Position numbers and translations under genes: made by a program
Notes under the pieces: generated by a model
What the model saw: only the letters and a program-made list of their open reading frames with translations
Database searches by the model: none
Told to the model about the DNA's origin: nothing
Source of the DNA: an uncultured Actinomycetota bacterium
GTDB lineage: Bacteria; Actinomycetota; Actinomycetes; CAVWCF01
Assembly: GCA_963753435.1 (NCBI GenBank)
Contig: CAVWCF010000002.1
Span: forward strand, 1 to 64,000
Length of the DNA: 64,000 bases
Direction: 5' to 3'
Part shown: positions 1 to 10,496 of the stretch, piece after piece
How the letters are laid out: each line of letters starts with the position of its first letter
Position numbering within the stretch: the stretch's first letter is position 1

Positions 1-33
1 CGGGACGTACGCGTTCCGATGCGTGAAGGCTGA
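1..33 (+). CDS. hutU: 3' end of probable urocanate hydratase (partial)
   Basis: Frame 1 reads RDVRVPMREG*, resembling actinobacterial HutU C-termini; ends 5 nt before hutH. Confidence 0.55.
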   Translation, partial: RDVRVPMREG

Positions 34-38
34 TCGCG

Positions 39-1571
39 GTGGTGCGCATCGAACCTGCGGGGATGACCGTTTCCGAGGTGGTGGCAGTAGCCCGGCACCA
101 CGACACAGTCGAGTTAGGCGAAGCATCGCTTGCGGCGATGGCCCGCAGTCGCGACCAGGTTGAGGCGCTCGCTGACAGCGCCGTGCCGGCCTACGGCGTA
201 TCGACCGGCTTCGGGGCGCTGGCTGACCGACACATTCCAACCGAGATGCGGCAGCGCCTGCAGTTGTCGTTGGTCCGCTCGCATGCGGCCGGTTCGGGGC
301 CCACGGTTGAGCAGGAGGTCGTGCGGGCGCTGATGCTCCTGCGGCTGAAGACGCTGGCGTCCGGACACACCGGCGTTCGGCCGGTGGTGGCGCAGACCAT
401 GGCCGCGTTGCTGAACGCGGGCATCACGCCGATCGTGCACGAGTACGGCTCGCTGGGGTGCAGCGGCGACCTGGCCCCGCTGGCGCACTGCGCGTTGGTG
501 GCGTTGGGCGAGGGTGCGGCGACCGATCGATCCGGACGCGAACGGCCGGTGCCGGAGTTGTTGGCCGAAGCGGGCATCGAGCCCGTGCGGTTGGAGGCCA
601 AGGAAGGACTGGCCCTCATCAACGGCACCGACGGGATGCTTGGGATGTTGGTGCTGGCCCTGCACGATCTCGACGTTCTGGTGCGCACCGCGGACATCAC
701 CGCAGCCATGTCGGTGGAGGCCCTGCTCGGCACCGATCGGGTCTTTGCTGAGGACGTTCACTCACATCTACGCCCGCACCCGGGTCAGCAGGTGTCGGCA
801 GCGAACATGGCCGCGCTGTTGGCGGGCTCAGAGGTAGTGGCGAGCCACCGATCCGGGGACACCCGAGTGCAGGACGCGTATTCGTTGCGCTGCGCACCCC
901 AGGTCGCAGGCGCTGTGCGCGACACTTTGGCGCACGCGCGAAACGTGGCCGAGCACGAACTCGCCGCCGCCATCGACAACCCGGTCGTGCTGCCGGACGG
1001 GCGGGTGGAGTCCAATGGCAACTTCCATGGCGCACCGGTCGGGTACGTCCTCGATTTCCTGGCGATCGCTGCCGCAGATCTGGCCTCGATGAGCGAGCGC
1101 CGGACCGACCGCTTGCTGGACCCGGCACGCAACCATGGACTGCCCGCTTTCCTCGCCGACGACCCCGGCGTCGACTCGGGTCTGATGATCGCCCAGTACA
1201 CGCAGGCAGGACTGGTGTCGGAGATGAAGCGGCTGGCAGTCCCCGCCAGCGTCGACTCGATCCCGTCCTCGGCGATGCAGGAGGACCACGTATCGATGGG
1301 TTGGGCGGCGGGTCGCAAGCTGCGCCGCGCCGTCGACGCTTTGGGTCGAGTGCTGGCGGTGGAGGCAATGGCCGCCGCTCGCGGGCTGGATCTGCGAGCT
1401 CCACTGCGCCCAGCCCCGGGCACCGCAGCAGCGCGCAATGCCCTACGCGCCACCGTCCCGGGTGCCGGTCCGGACCGGTTCCTGGCGCCGGAAATCCAGG
1501 CTGCTACGGAGATCGTGGCCGCCGGGGCGGTCCTGGCCGCAGCGGAGGCTGAAGTCGGGTCGATTCCGTGA
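39..1571 (+). CDS. hutH: histidine ammonia-lyase
   Basis: [20 protein letters not shown] (MIO loop), [31 protein letters not shown] motifs. Confidence 0.96.
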   Translation: MVRIEPAGMTVSEVVAVARHHDTVELGEASLAAMARSRDQVEALADSAVPAYGVSTGFGALADRHIPTEMRQRLQLSLVRSHAAGSGPTVEQEVVRALMLLRLKTLASGHTGVRPVVAQTMAALLNAGITPIVHEYGSLGCSGDLAPLAHCALVALGEGAATDRSGRERPVPELLAEAGIEPVRLEAKEGLALINGTDGMLGMLVLALHDLDVLVRTADITAAMSVEALLGTDRVFAEDVHSHLRPHPGQQVSAANMAALLAGSEVVASHRSGDTRVQDAYSLRCAPQVAGAVRDTLAHARNVAEHELAAAIDNPVVLPDGRVESNGNFHGAPVGYVLDFLAIAAADLASMSERRTDRLLDPARNHGLPAFLADDPGVDSGLMIAQYTQAGLVSEMKRLAVPASVDSIPSSAMQEDHVSMGWAAGRKLRRAVDALGRVLAVEAMAAARGLDLRAPLRPAPGTAAARNALRATVPGAGPDRFLAPEIQAATEIVAAGAVLAAAEAEVGSIP

Positions 1572-2737
1572 CGGCCTGGGCGCTGACCGGCATCGGCCAG
1601 TTGGTTACAAACGATCCTGACGTGGACGGATCGGCACTGGGGGTCATGCGAGACGCGGCGCTGGTTGTTGACGGCGATCGGATCTCCTGGGTTGGGTCCG
1701 CGACCGAGGTGCCTGCGGCCGACCGCCGCGTTGATGCCGCCGGTGCCGCGGTGCTGCCCGGCTTCGTCGACTCCCACAGCCACTTGGTCTTCGCCGGCGA
1801 TCGCGCGGCGGAGTTCAGCGCCCGCATGGCCGGGCAGCCCTACGCCGCCGGTGGCATTCAGTCGACCGTGGCGGCCACGCGCGCTGCCACGGACGCCGAA
1901 CTTCTGGCCAACGCCGAGCGCCTGCTGGCAGAGATGCGCAGTCAGGGGATCACGACGACGGAGATCAAGACCGGCTACGGGCTGACCCTGGCCGATGAGG
2001 TGCGGGCTGCGCGCGTGGCGCATTCGCTCACCCCGGAGACCACCGTGCTCGCCGCGCATGTGGTTCCCAACGGTCGGGATGCCGACGAGTACACCCGCGA
2101 GGTAATCGAGGTGATCGTGCCCGCTTGTGCCGAGCACGCTCGCTGGGTGGATGTCTTCTGTGAGGACGGCGCCTTCGATGCAGAGCAGTCCCGGGCGGTA
2201 CTTCATGCGGGTCTGGCTCTCGGTCTGCAGGCGCGGGTGCACGCAAACCAACTGCGGCACGGCCCCGGCGTTCAGTTGGCCTGTGAGGTCGGCGCCGCAT
2301 CCGCGGACCACTGCACGTTCGTGGACGAATCCGATCTCGCGGCGTTGGCCGAGTCCGGGACCGTGGCCACCTTGTTGCCCGGGGCGGAGTTCTCCACCCG
2401 CATGCCCTACCCGGACGCCCGACGGTTCCTGGATGCGGGCGTGACGGTGGCGTTGGCGACTGACTGCAACCCAGGTAGTTCGTTCACCACTTCAATGCCG
2501 CTGATGATCGCGCTTGCTGTGCGTGAGATGCGGATGACGGTTGCAGAGGCGGTCTGGGCCGCTACCGCCGGTGGCGCAGCGGCGTTGCGCCGCGAAGACA
2601 TCGGCCGACTCAAGCCCGGGTCGCGCGCTGACCTCATGGTTCTGGATGCACCGGACTTCGCACATCTGGCGTACCGGCCCGGGGTCCCGCTGGTTGGCCG
2701 GACCTTCGTCAGCGGACGCGCCGCGGAGGCAATGTGA
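1568..2737 (+). CDS. hutI: imidazolonepropionase
   Basis: [33 protein letters not shown] amidohydrolase motifs; GTGA overlap with hutH. Confidence 0.95.
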   Translation: MTAWALTGIGQLVTNDPDVDGSALGVMRDAALVVDGDRISWVGSATEVPAADRRVDAAGAAVLPGFVDSHSHLVFAGDRAAEFSARMAGQPYAAGGIQSTVAATRAATDAELLANAERLLAEMRSQGITTTEIKTGYGLTLADEVRAARVAHSLTPETTVLAAHVVPNGRDADEYTREVIEVIVPACAEHARWVDVFCEDGAFDAEQSRAVLHAGLALGLQARVHANQLRHGPGVQLACEVGAASADHCTFVDESDLAALAESGTVATLLPGAEFSTRMPYPDARRFLDAGVTVALATDCNPGSSFTTSMPLMIALAVREMRMTVAEAVWAATAGGAAALRREDIGRLKPGSRADLMVLDAPDFAHLAYRPGVPLVGRTFVSGRAAEAM

Positions 2738-3288
2738 GTCTCCTCATCCTGCACGGCCTCTACGGCAACGAGTCCGAGCATTGGCAGACCTGGTTGGCGG
2801 CTGAGGCGCCGAAGCTCAGCTTCGACGTCCACTACCCCGAATTCCCGACCCCAGACACACCGAAGCTGGACGCGTGGTTGACCACGCTGGACTCCGTCCT
2901 GTCGAAGCTGAACCCCGACGCGTTGATGGTCGTCGCGCACTCGCTCGGTTGCCATCTGTGGATGCACCGGCTCGCCCGCGTACCGGAAACGACAGCCGCT
3001 CGCGTGCTGCTCGTGGCCCCGCCGCAACCAGAGACCTTGCTGCCGCTCTGTCCGGATCTGCCCGGTGTGCAACTGGATGCCGCCCCACTGTTCGCCGCGT
3101 GCCCCGACACCGCGGTGGTGTTGGGCGAGACCGACCCCTACCGTCCCGATTCGGACTTCATCGACGCCGAACTGCCTACCTACTGGGTTGCAGATGGCGG
3201 GCATCTGAGTGTCGCCGCCGGGCTAGGGCCGTGGCCGGCCGTGCTGGCTTGGGCCCTTGGCGGATCCCCGCCAGGGCAGATGCGCTGA
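2734..3288 (+). CDS. RBBP9/YdeN-family alpha/beta hydrolase
   Basis: ILHG..HWQTWL, AHSLG nucleophile elbow, LLVAPP, DP and GGHL catalytic motifs. Confidence 0.85.
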   Translation: MSLLILHGLYGNESEHWQTWLAAEAPKLSFDVHYPEFPTPDTPKLDAWLTTLDSVLSKLNPDALMVVAHSLGCHLWMHRLARVPETTAARVLLVAPPQPETLLPLCPDLPGVQLDAAPLFAACPDTAVVLGETDPYRPDSDFIDAELPTYWVADGGHLSVAAGLGPWPAVLAWALGGSPPGQMR

Positions 3289-3331
3289 CGGAGGCTTCGA
3301 GGTCGCGACCAGTCGGGCCGCGTCGAGCCGG

Positions 3332-3721
3332 TCAGGCGTCGGCGGTGCGGGATGCGATGAAGACGCGAACGAGGTCACGCATGGAGACGATTCCGCACAC
3401 GTCGTTGCCGTCGAGAACCACGAGGTGCCGGAAACCGTGCCGGATCATCTCCTGCGCCGCCTGTTCCAGGGTCCAGTCCGGAGCGGCGTAGACGACGTCG
3501 GTGGTCAGGTGATCGCCTGCGGTCTCGGCGTCGGCGTCCTGCCCTGTGGCAATCGAACCGAGCACGTCCCGCTCCGTGATGATGCCGATCCCTTCGCTGT
3601 CCGGGTCCACCACCACGGCGGCACCGACGTGTCGCTCCTTCATCGCCTGCGCGGTCTGCCGAAGCGAGTGCTGCGGGCCGATGGTGAGAACGGTCGTGCT
3701 CATCGCGTCCTGGACCTGCAC
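3332..3721 (-). CDS. CBS domain pair protein
   Basis: Two CBS repeats (GIITERD, GIVSMRD); GTG start preceded by GGAGGG. Confidence 0.88.
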   Translation of the reverse strand: MQVQDAMSTTVLTIGPQHSLRQTAQAMKERHVGAAVVVDPDSEGIGIITERDVLGSIATGQDADAETAGDHLTTDVVYAAPDWTLEQAAQEMIRHGFRHLVVLDGNDVCGIVSMRDLVRVFIASRTADA

Positions 3722-3848
3722 GGACCCTCCTTCGTTGGCGACGGCAAGTGCCGTGGCTGGGCGGCCCTGCCGGCCGACCGGGGTCCCATCGTTACCCGCG
3801 GACCCGGGGCCGTCCAGCACCTTCACCCAACGGTGACAGACTCACCGC

Positions 3849-4817
3849 GTGTCGGTCGCTGCTGAGCCCGGTCGCGCCGGACCGGCGGCGACCGCCATCG
3901 GACGGCTGCGGAGCAGTCCCGCGGGCACGGTGACCGCGGCGGGCATCGCGGCCTGGATCGCTGTGGTCCTGTGGCTGGATCAGTCGGTCCCGTTGGGGGT
4001 TCAGCACCTGCTGGGAGTGGGCACCTGGGTGCTCCTAGTTGTTCTGGCAGTGCGCGAGACGCCGCTGGTACGGGCCCAGATCGCGATCGTGGTCGCCTTT
4101 GCGACCGCGATCGAGTACACGTTCAGCCCGCTGCTGGAGGTGTACGTCTACCGCTTCGAGAACGTGCCTGCGTACGTGCCGCCGGGGCACGGGCTGGTCT
4201 ACCTGGCGGCGCTGGCGATAAGTCGGTCACCTTGGTTGCAGCGAAACGCCCGGGCTGCGGTCACGGCGACTGTGTTGATCGGCGGCGCGTTCGCGGCCTG
4301 GGGTTTGAGTCCGCTGGCGCCGCGACCGGATGCCCTGGGCGCCTTCTGGTTCGCGTGCCTGGTGGGCTTCCTGATCTGGGGCCGCAGTCGACTGCTTTAC
4401 GTCGGCGCCTTCTTCGTGGTCACCGCCTTGGAGTTGCTGGGCACGCATTGGGGCATCTGGACCTGGCAGGCGACCGATCCCACCGGCCTGGTCAGCATCG
4501 GCAATCCGCCCAGTGGCGCCGCGGGTGGATACGGCTGGTTCGACCTGGCTGCCGTGCTCGGTGCGGCGGGGTTGCTGCGGTGGGTGCAGCGATGGCGTCA
4601 GGCGGCCGTGTCTTGGCCGGCGAGGATGGCCAGCGCGGCGGCGTGGAGTCGCCCGTTGGTGGTCACGGCGGACGCGCCGGCAAGCGGACTGGAGCCGGTC
4701 ACCGACGTGACCGTCCCACCGGCCTCGGCGACGATCGGCAGGAACGCGGCCATGTCCCACGGGCTCAGCTCGGGTTCGGCGGCGATGTCGACGGCACCCT
4801 CCGCGACCAGTACGTGA
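3849..4817 (+). CDS. hypothetical multi-pass membrane protein
   Basis: Several hydrophobic helices, VYVYRFENVPAYVPPGHG; 3' end overlaps convergent hisN by ~220 nt, so the end is uncertain. Confidence 0.7.
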   Translation: MSVAAEPGRAGPAATAIGRLRSSPAGTVTAAGIAAWIAVVLWLDQSVPLGVQHLLGVGTWVLLVVLAVRETPLVRAQIAIVVAFATAIEYTFSPLLEVYVYRFENVPAYVPPGHGLVYLAALAISRSPWLQRNARAAVTATVLIGGAFAAWGLSPLAPRPDALGAFWFACLVGFLIWGRSRLLYVGAFFVVTALELLGTHWGIWTWQATDPTGLVSIGNPPSGAAGGYGWFDLAAVLGAAGLLRWVQRWRQAAVSWPARMASAAAWSRPLVVTADAPASGLEPVTDVTVPPASATIGRNAAMSHGLSSGSAAMSTAPSATST

Positions 4818-5413
4818 CTGTAGAAGTCCCCGTAGGCCCTACTGCGCCAAACGCTGCCCCGCAGTTTGTCGAAGCCGGCCAGCATGCCGTGCTCGGCCCA
4901 ACCCACGTGATCGGAGTAGCTGAATGACGCATCGGCCAGGTCGGTCACACCGGACACCCGGCAGCGACGCGGTTCCGCCGCGGCTGCGTCCAGGGTCCAG
5001 GCGCCCTGCCCCTGCGCGGCCCACCAGCGGCGACCCATTGCCGGGGCGCTGACCACACCGACGCTGGGAACCCCGTCCTCGACCAGCCCGATGAGCGTTG
5101 CGTAGACGGTGACGCCGCGGAGGAAGTTCTTGGTGGCGTCGATGGGGTCGACCACCCACACCCGGCCCGAGCCGGGCAGGGCGCCGCCGAACTCCTCGCC
5201 GAACACCGGGTCCTCGGGCCGTGCCGCCGCCAGGCGCTCGCGAATTGCGGCCTCGGTCGCGGTGTCCGCGTCGGTCACGGGGGTGTCGTCCGGCTTGGCG
5301 TCGACCCGCAGGTCCTGGGCACGAAAACGGTTCAGGGTGATGGCATCGGCGGCGTCGGCCAGACTCAGCGCGAGCTCGAGGTCGCTGCTGGGATCCGACG
5401 TACGGCTGGCCAC
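4598..5413 (-). CDS. hisN: histidinol-phosphatase (inositol monophosphatase family)
   Basis: KPDDTPVTDAD, GEE, WVVDPIDATKNF, RAYGDF, PWDMAA. Confidence 0.88.
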   Translation of the reverse strand: MASRTSDPSSDLELALSLADAADAITLNRFRAQDLRVDAKPDDTPVTDADTATEAAIRERLAAARPEDPVFGEEFGGALPGSGRVWVVDPIDATKNFLRGVTVYATLIGLVEDGVPSVGVVSAPAMGRRWWAAQGQGAWTLDAAAAEPRRCRVSGVTDLADASFSYSDHVGWAEHGMLAGFDKLRGSVWRSRAYGDFYSHVLVAEGAVDIAAEPELSPWDMAAFLPIVAEAGGTVTSVTGSSPLAGASAVTTNGRLHAAALAILAGQDTAA

Positions 5414-5561
5414 GGCCGGAGGGTAGCGGCGCCGTTCCGGTGGTCGCGGTCTCGCCGCTGCGGTCCGGCCGGCTTGTCGCCAAGGCGGTGCCCCAGGGCT
5501 GCCCACCCGAGGCGCCGGCGTTGCGGATGAAAACATGGCGCCCGGGCAACGAGGGGGTCAA

Positions 5562-6677
5562 GTGAGCACGCACGATCTGTACGCCGTTCCAGCCGAGTTG
5601 GCGACGTGGGAGCTGGCAGCGACCGGTCATGCGCGATTCACCTGGGAGTACGACGCCGGTCGGGATCGATTGCTGAGCCTCTACCAGCGGGGCAAGGACA
5701 AGCAGTGGGACGCCACCGACCGCATCGACTGGGACATCGAGGTCGACCCGGCCAATCCGCTGGGGCTGCCGTCGGGAACCAATCCATTGCACGGGACCGA
5801 TCTGTGGGACGAGATGGACCCCGATGCCCGTCGGGACATGGGCCGGCATGTGATGGCCTGGCAGTTCAGCCAGTTCCTGCACGGTGAGCAGGCGGCGATG
5901 CTGTGCAGCGCGCGGATCGTGGAGTCCGTCCCGGACCTGGATGCGAAGTTCTACGCCGCCACTCAGGTGATGGACGAGGCCCGCCACGCGGAGACGTACG
6001 CGAGGTTCCTCAAGGACAAGGTCGGGTTGGCGTACCCGATCAACCCGTCGCTCAAGGCGCTGCTGGACAACACCCTGAGCGACGCCCGCTGGGACATGCC
6101 TTACCTCGGGATGCAGGTGCTCATCGAAGGCCTGGCGCTTGCGGCGTTCGGCGTGCTGCGGGACCTGACCTCGCAACCCTTGGCCAAGCAGATTCTCGCC
6201 TACGTGATGGCTGATGAGGCCCGGCACGTGGCGTTTGGGCGGATCGCGCTGAAGGAGCGGTACGCGGACTTGTCGGCGGCCGAACGCGCCGACCGGGAGG
6301 AATTCGTCCTTGAGGGCTGCCACCTGATGAACGAGCGGTTCCGCGGCGAGGAGGTTTGGGCCAACCTGGGTCTGGATGTGGGCGCGTGCGCCGTGGCCAC
6401 CGACCGCTCGCCGTACATGCGCGCGTTCCGCGCCCAGTTGTTCAGCCGGATCGTCCCGGTGGTCAAGGACATCGGCTTGTGGAGCGATCGCATGCGGGAC
6501 GGGTTCGATCAACTCGGAGTGCTGGCGCACGAGGGAATCGACCTGGACGCGTTGATGCTGGCCGACGAGCAGACCGCGGACGCGATGGACGCTGCGCGCC
6601 TGGCCGAACAGGCCGAGATAGCCGTGCGGTCGGCTGAGATCGACGCCACCATCTCCGCCGGATCAGAGCACCCCTGA
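5562..6677 (+). CDS. ferritin-like di-iron protein (AurF/N-oxygenase-like)
   Basis: FLHGEQ, two DEARH (ExxH) motifs, QVLIEGLAL. Confidence 0.82.
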   Translation: MSTHDLYAVPAELATWELAATGHARFTWEYDAGRDRLLSLYQRGKDKQWDATDRIDWDIEVDPANPLGLPSGTNPLHGTDLWDEMDPDARRDMGRHVMAWQFSQFLHGEQAAMLCSARIVESVPDLDAKFYAATQVMDEARHAETYARFLKDKVGLAYPINPSLKALLDNTLSDARWDMPYLGMQVLIEGLALAAFGVLRDLTSQPLAKQILAYVMADEARHVAFGRIALKERYADLSAAERADREEFVLEGCHLMNERFRGEEVWANLGLDVGACAVATDRSPYMRAFRAQLFSRIVPVVKDIGLWSDRMRDGFDQLGVLAHEGIDLDALMLADEQTADAMDAARLAEQAEIAVRSAEIDATISAGSEHP

Positions 6678-6883
6678 TCGCATCTAGTTGGAGTTGGCGC
6701 ACACAGTCGATCGGTCGCGCCTAGGTGTAGCGGTGGAGAAACGGTTGTTACCGGTGGTGCTGAGTTGCACTCCGGGATGCCGGTTTTCCACAGAACTGCA
6801 GGAGCCGGTTCGAACGTAGTTGTTCGGACACATACCGTCCGGCCGCCACGGGGTGAGCGCCCCGCCGCGATCGGGGGATCGAC

Positions 6884-8158
6884 GTGACCGTAGCCACGGA
6901 TCGTGCGCGCGTTGATGGCCTCGCTGCGGCTGAACCGGCGGTGCCGCGGCTGATCGCGACCGTTCAGGAAGCGCTGCGGACTCGGGGCATCGACCCGGAC
7001 CGGGCCCCGGCTGCGGTATCGGACTTGGCCCGCACGGCCGTCGCCGACTACGACCGTCGCAGCCTGGCCGGCGACCTGCCCCCACTCGTGGACCCGAGCG
7101 CCGCGCTGCGCGCTGTCATGGACGCGGTCGCCGGGTTCGGCCCGCTGCAGGTCTACCTCGACGACGCGACTGTCGAGGAGATCTGGATAAACAACCCGGG
7201 TCAGGTCTTCGTCGCTCGCGGCGGCCGCAGCGAACTGACCAATGTGGTCTTGACCGCCGCGCAGGTGCGAGACCTCGTGGAACGCATGCTGCGCAGCAGC
7301 GGGCGCCGAGTAGACCTGTCGCAGCCGTTCGTCGATGCCGGGCTGCCCGACGGCAGCCGCCTGCACGTGGCCATCCCGGACATCACCCGCGAGCACTGGG
7401 CCGTCAACATCCGCAAGTTCGTCGCCCGCGCCAGCCATCTGGACGACCTCGTCGATCTCGGCACGATCACCGCGCAGGCGGCTCGTTTCCTCGAAGCCGC
7501 GGTCGCCAGTGGGCTGACGGTGCTGGTGGCCGGCGGAACTCAGGCCGGAAAGACGACCCTGCTGAATTGCCTCGGGGCCGCGATCCCGCCCCGGGAGCGC
7601 GTGATCACCTGCGAGGAGGTGTTCGAACTCCAGCTGCCGCTGCCGGATGTCGTGGGTATGCAGACTCGGCAGACGAGCCTGGAAGGCACCGGGGAGATCC
7701 GGCTTCGCCGGCTGGTCAAGGAAGCACTGCGGATGCGCCCCTCCCGGATCGTCGTCGGCGAGGTGCGGCAGGAGGAGTGCCTGGACCTGCTCGTGGCTTT
7801 GAACTCCGGGGTGCCAGGCATGTGCACCGTCCACGCCAACAGTGCGCGCGAGGCACTGACCAAGATGTGCACGCTTCCGCTACTTGCCGGGGAGAACGTC
7901 ACCCACGCGTTCGTCGTACCGACCGTCGCCGCCGCCGTCGACATCATCGTGCACACCGCGCTGCGCCGGGACGGCAGCCGCAGGGTTACCGAGATCGCCG
8001 CGGTTCCGGGTCGGGTGGAGGACGGCGTCGTCGAGATCGAGGATCTGTTCGTAACCCGCAACGGTGAGCTGGTGCGGGCGACCGGCTTTCCGCCGCATCG
8101 AGATCGCTTCGAGTTGGCCGGGTTCGACGTGGTCGGCCTGTTGGAGTCAGGGAAGTGA
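6884..8158 (+). CDS. tadA: CpaF/TadA pilus assembly ATPase
   Basis: Walker A GGTQAGKTT, LRMRPSRIVVGEVR, CTVHANS. Confidence 0.93.
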   Translation: MTVATDRARVDGLAAAEPAVPRLIATVQEALRTRGIDPDRAPAAVSDLARTAVADYDRRSLAGDLPPLVDPSAALRAVMDAVAGFGPLQVYLDDATVEEIWINNPGQVFVARGGRSELTNVVLTAAQVRDLVERMLRSSGRRVDLSQPFVDAGLPDGSRLHVAIPDITREHWAVNIRKFVARASHLDDLVDLGTITAQAARFLEAAVASGLTVLVAGGTQAGKTTLLNCLGAAIPPRERVITCEEVFELQLPLPDVVGMQTRQTSLEGTGEIRLRRLVKEALRMRPSRIVVGEVRQEECLDLLVALNSGVPGMCTVHANSAREALTKMCTLPLLAGENVTHAFVVPTVAAAVDIIVHTALRRDGSRRVTEIAAVPGRVEDGVVEIEDLFVTRNGELVRATGFPPHRDRFELAGFDVVGLLESGK

Positions 8159-8997
8159 CCGGGACCCTATTGGGCCTGCTTCTGGGCGTCGGCCTGCTGC
8201 TGGTCTGGCTGCCGCCGAAACCGGGAAGTCGAACCGACACGTCCCGATTAGACACATGGCTGGCCGAAGCCGGCCTTACCGCCATCACGCCCGCGCGGCT
8301 GGCGCTCAGCTGCCTAGGTACGGGCACCGTGGCGGCAGTACTCATGGCCGGGATCAGCCGATCGCCGGTCCTTGGGTTCGCAATCGGTCTGCTTGCTGCG
8401 ACTGCGCCGATTGCGCTGGTCAACGTGCGTCGCCGTCGGCGAACTGAGGAGCTGCGCGAGGCCTGGCCGGATGCGGTGGACAACCTGGCCAGCGCGGTGC
8501 GGGCCGGGCTGTCCCTGCCGGAGGCGCTGATCCAGTTGGGGCAGCGTGGCCCGGCCCCGCTGCGCCAAGCCTTCGTCGACTTCGGCCGTGACTATCAGGC
8601 GACGGGCGCCCTGAACCCCAGCCTGGACCGGCTGCGCGAACAACTGGCCGATCCGGTCGGTGACCGAGTGGTCGCCTCGATCCGGCTGGCGCGGGAAGTG
8701 GGTGGTACCGACTTGGGACTCCTGCTGCGAACGCTGTCCACGTTCCTTCGCGAGGACTTGCGCACGCGATCGGAGTTGCAGTCCCGGCAGAGCTGGACCG
8801 TCAACGCCGCGCGCCTGGCGGTCGCAGCGCCTTGGGTCCTGTTGGTCCTGCTTTCACTGCGGCCGGAGGCGGTTCGCGCTTACAACTCCGCGGCCGGCGT
8901 GATGGTGCTGCTGGTCGGCGCCGCCCTGTGCATAGTCGCCTACCGGCTCATGGTCCGGCTGGGCCGACTGCCCGCCGAACGACGGGTACTTCGGTGA
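8155..8997 (+). CDS. tadB: TadB (T2SS F-domain) membrane protein
   Basis: WPDAVDNLASAVRAGLSL motif, TM helices, follows ATPase. Confidence 0.88.
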   Translation: MTGTLLGLLLGVGLLLVWLPPKPGSRTDTSRLDTWLAEAGLTAITPARLALSCLGTGTVAAVLMAGISRSPVLGFAIGLLAATAPIALVNVRRRRRTEELREAWPDAVDNLASAVRAGLSLPEALIQLGQRGPAPLRQAFVDFGRDYQATGALNPSLDRLREQLADPVGDRVVASIRLAREVGGTDLGLLLRTLSTFLREDLRTRSELQSRQSWTVNAARLAVAAPWVLLVLLSLRPEAVRAYNSAAGVMVLLVGAALCIVAYRLMVRLGRLPAERRVLR

Positions 8998-9920
8998 ACG
9001 CCTGGATCGGGGCCGCGTTGGGGCTGATCGGAGGTGCCGGCGCGACCCTGACGGTGCTGGCATCGCCGCCGCTGAACCGGCCCACTTTGGAGTCACGGGT
9101 GCTGCCTTACCTCCCGGGCGTCCGTTCGGGTCAGGCCGCACCGATCCGGACGCCGTTTCCGACCATCGAACGCCTGGTCGGACCGTTGCTGGTGGATCAG
9201 GCGCGACGGTTGGACCGCGTCATCGGCGGCGCCATCTCCGTACGTCGTCGGTTGGACCGCTTGAGCGACGCCCGCACTGTCGAGCAGTTCCGCGTCGAGC
9301 AGGTGTTGGCCGCGGCCATGGGCCTGCTGTGCGGCCTGGGCCTTGCGGCCGTGCTGACGCTGGCGGGCAGGCAGGTGCCGGTGCTGGCGGCGTTGATCAT
9401 GATGGCCATCGGCGGTGTCGGCGGCGTGCTGATGATGGACCGAAGGCTCACTCGGCAGGTCACCGAGCGCGAACGGCGCATCGCCGAGGAACTGCCGACC
9501 ATCGCGGAGTTGTTGGCCCTGTGCGTCACCGCGGGCGACGGCCCCGTGTCCGCGCTGAACCGGGTTGCCGAGGCAACGAGCGGGGAGCTGAGCAACGAGA
9601 TTCGCCGGACCCTGACCGAGGCCCGCACCGGCCTGACGCTGGTTTCGGCCCTGGATTCGATGTCCCGACGCACTGGTGTGGCAGCGCTGGCCAGGTTCGC
9701 CGATGGGATGGCCGTTTCGGTCGATCGCGGCACCCCCTTGGCCGACGTGCTTCGCGCTCAGGCGCTGGACGCTCGCGAGGCGGGTCGGCGCGCGTTGATC
9801 GAGTCCGGCGCTCGTCGGGAGATCGCCATGATGATTCCGGTGGTCTTTCTCATCCTGCCCATCTCAGTGGTCTTCGCCCTGTTTCCCGGCTTCTACGGCC
9901 TGGTTCTCACAACCCCCTGA
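8994..9920 (+). CDS. tadC: TadC (T2SS F-domain) membrane protein
   Basis: ELPTIAELLALCVTAG, GTPLADVLRAQA, C-terminal TM; GTG start overlaps tadB stop. Confidence 0.88.
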   Translation: MNAWIGAALGLIGGAGATLTVLASPPLNRPTLESRVLPYLPGVRSGQAAPIRTPFPTIERLVGPLLVDQARRLDRVIGGAISVRRRLDRLSDARTVEQFRVEQVLAAAMGLLCGLGLAAVLTLAGRQVPVLAALIMMAIGGVGGVLMMDRRLTRQVTERERRIAEELPTIAELLALCVTAGDGPVSALNRVAEATSGELSNEIRRTLTEARTGLTLVSALDSMSRRTGVAALARFADGMAVSVDRGTPLADVLRAQALDAREAGRRALIESGARREIAMMIPVVFLILPISVVFALFPGFYGLVLTTP

Positions 9921-9936
9921 TCCGAAAGGAACGACC

Positions 9937-10122
9937 ATGTCCCACCTTCGCTCCCTGGTGCTGCGCGCGGTACCGCGGTTGCGTTCAGAACGCGGCGACG
10001 TACCCGGCTGGGTGCTTGTCACGGTGATGACCGCAGGTCTGGTCACGGCGATCTGGTTGCTCGCCGACGATGTCCTGCAACAACTCTTCAGCGACGCAGT
10101 CACGTCGGTAACCGGCTCTTGA
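9937..10122 (+). CDS. small Flp-like pilin candidate
   Basis: 61 aa, ERG|DVPGW followed by hydrophobic helix, RBS GAAAGGA, position in Tad cluster. Confidence 0.75.
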   Translation: MSHLRSLVLRAVPRLRSERGDVPGWVLVTVMTAGLVTAIWLLADDVLQQLFSDAVTSVTGS

Positions 10123-10496
10123 GCGGCGACGATCGCGGCTCAGCGGTCGTCGAGTTCACGCTGGTTTCGATGCTGCTGCTGGGCTTGTTCCTTGCCCTGG
10201 TGCAGTTGGGGCTGGCTCTGCATGTGCGCAACACCCTGGTCGCCGCCGCCGCCGAAGGTGCACGGGTGGCCGCCCAGGCCGATCGTGAGACCGGTGAGGG
10301 AGAAAGGCTCACGCGCCAACTGATCGCCACCGGCCTGCACGAGGCCGCAGCGCAGGATGTTTCCGCGAGCCGAGTCGTGCTGGACGGCGTGCCGGTCGTC
10401 GAGGTCGAGGTGCGGGCCACGTTGCCCCTGCTGGGTTGGGTGGGGCCACAACGGGCGATGGTCGTTCGTGGTCACGCTTTCGACGAGGCGGCTTGA
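10119..10496 (+). CDS. tadE: TadE-like pseudopilin
   Basis: DDRG|SAVVEF prepilin motif, AAAEGAR. Confidence 0.85.
   Translation: MSGDDRGSAVVEFTLVSMLLLGLFLALVQLGLALHVRNTLVAAAAEGARVAAQADRETGEGERLTRQLIATGLHEAAAQDVSASRVVLDGVPVVEVEVRATLPLLGWVGPQRAMVVRGHAFDEAA

Noticed and set aside
459-467. HutH MIO tripeptide is Cys-Ser-Gly rather than Ala-Ser-Gly
   Set aside because: As I recall, this variant is already known in actinomycete histidases; not novel
4598-4817. ~220 nt convergent overlap of membrane ORF and hisN (also the IclR/Lrp overlap 41425-41492)
   Set aside because: Probably stop-codon drift in high-GC DNA or a sequence error; overlapping tails look non-conserved
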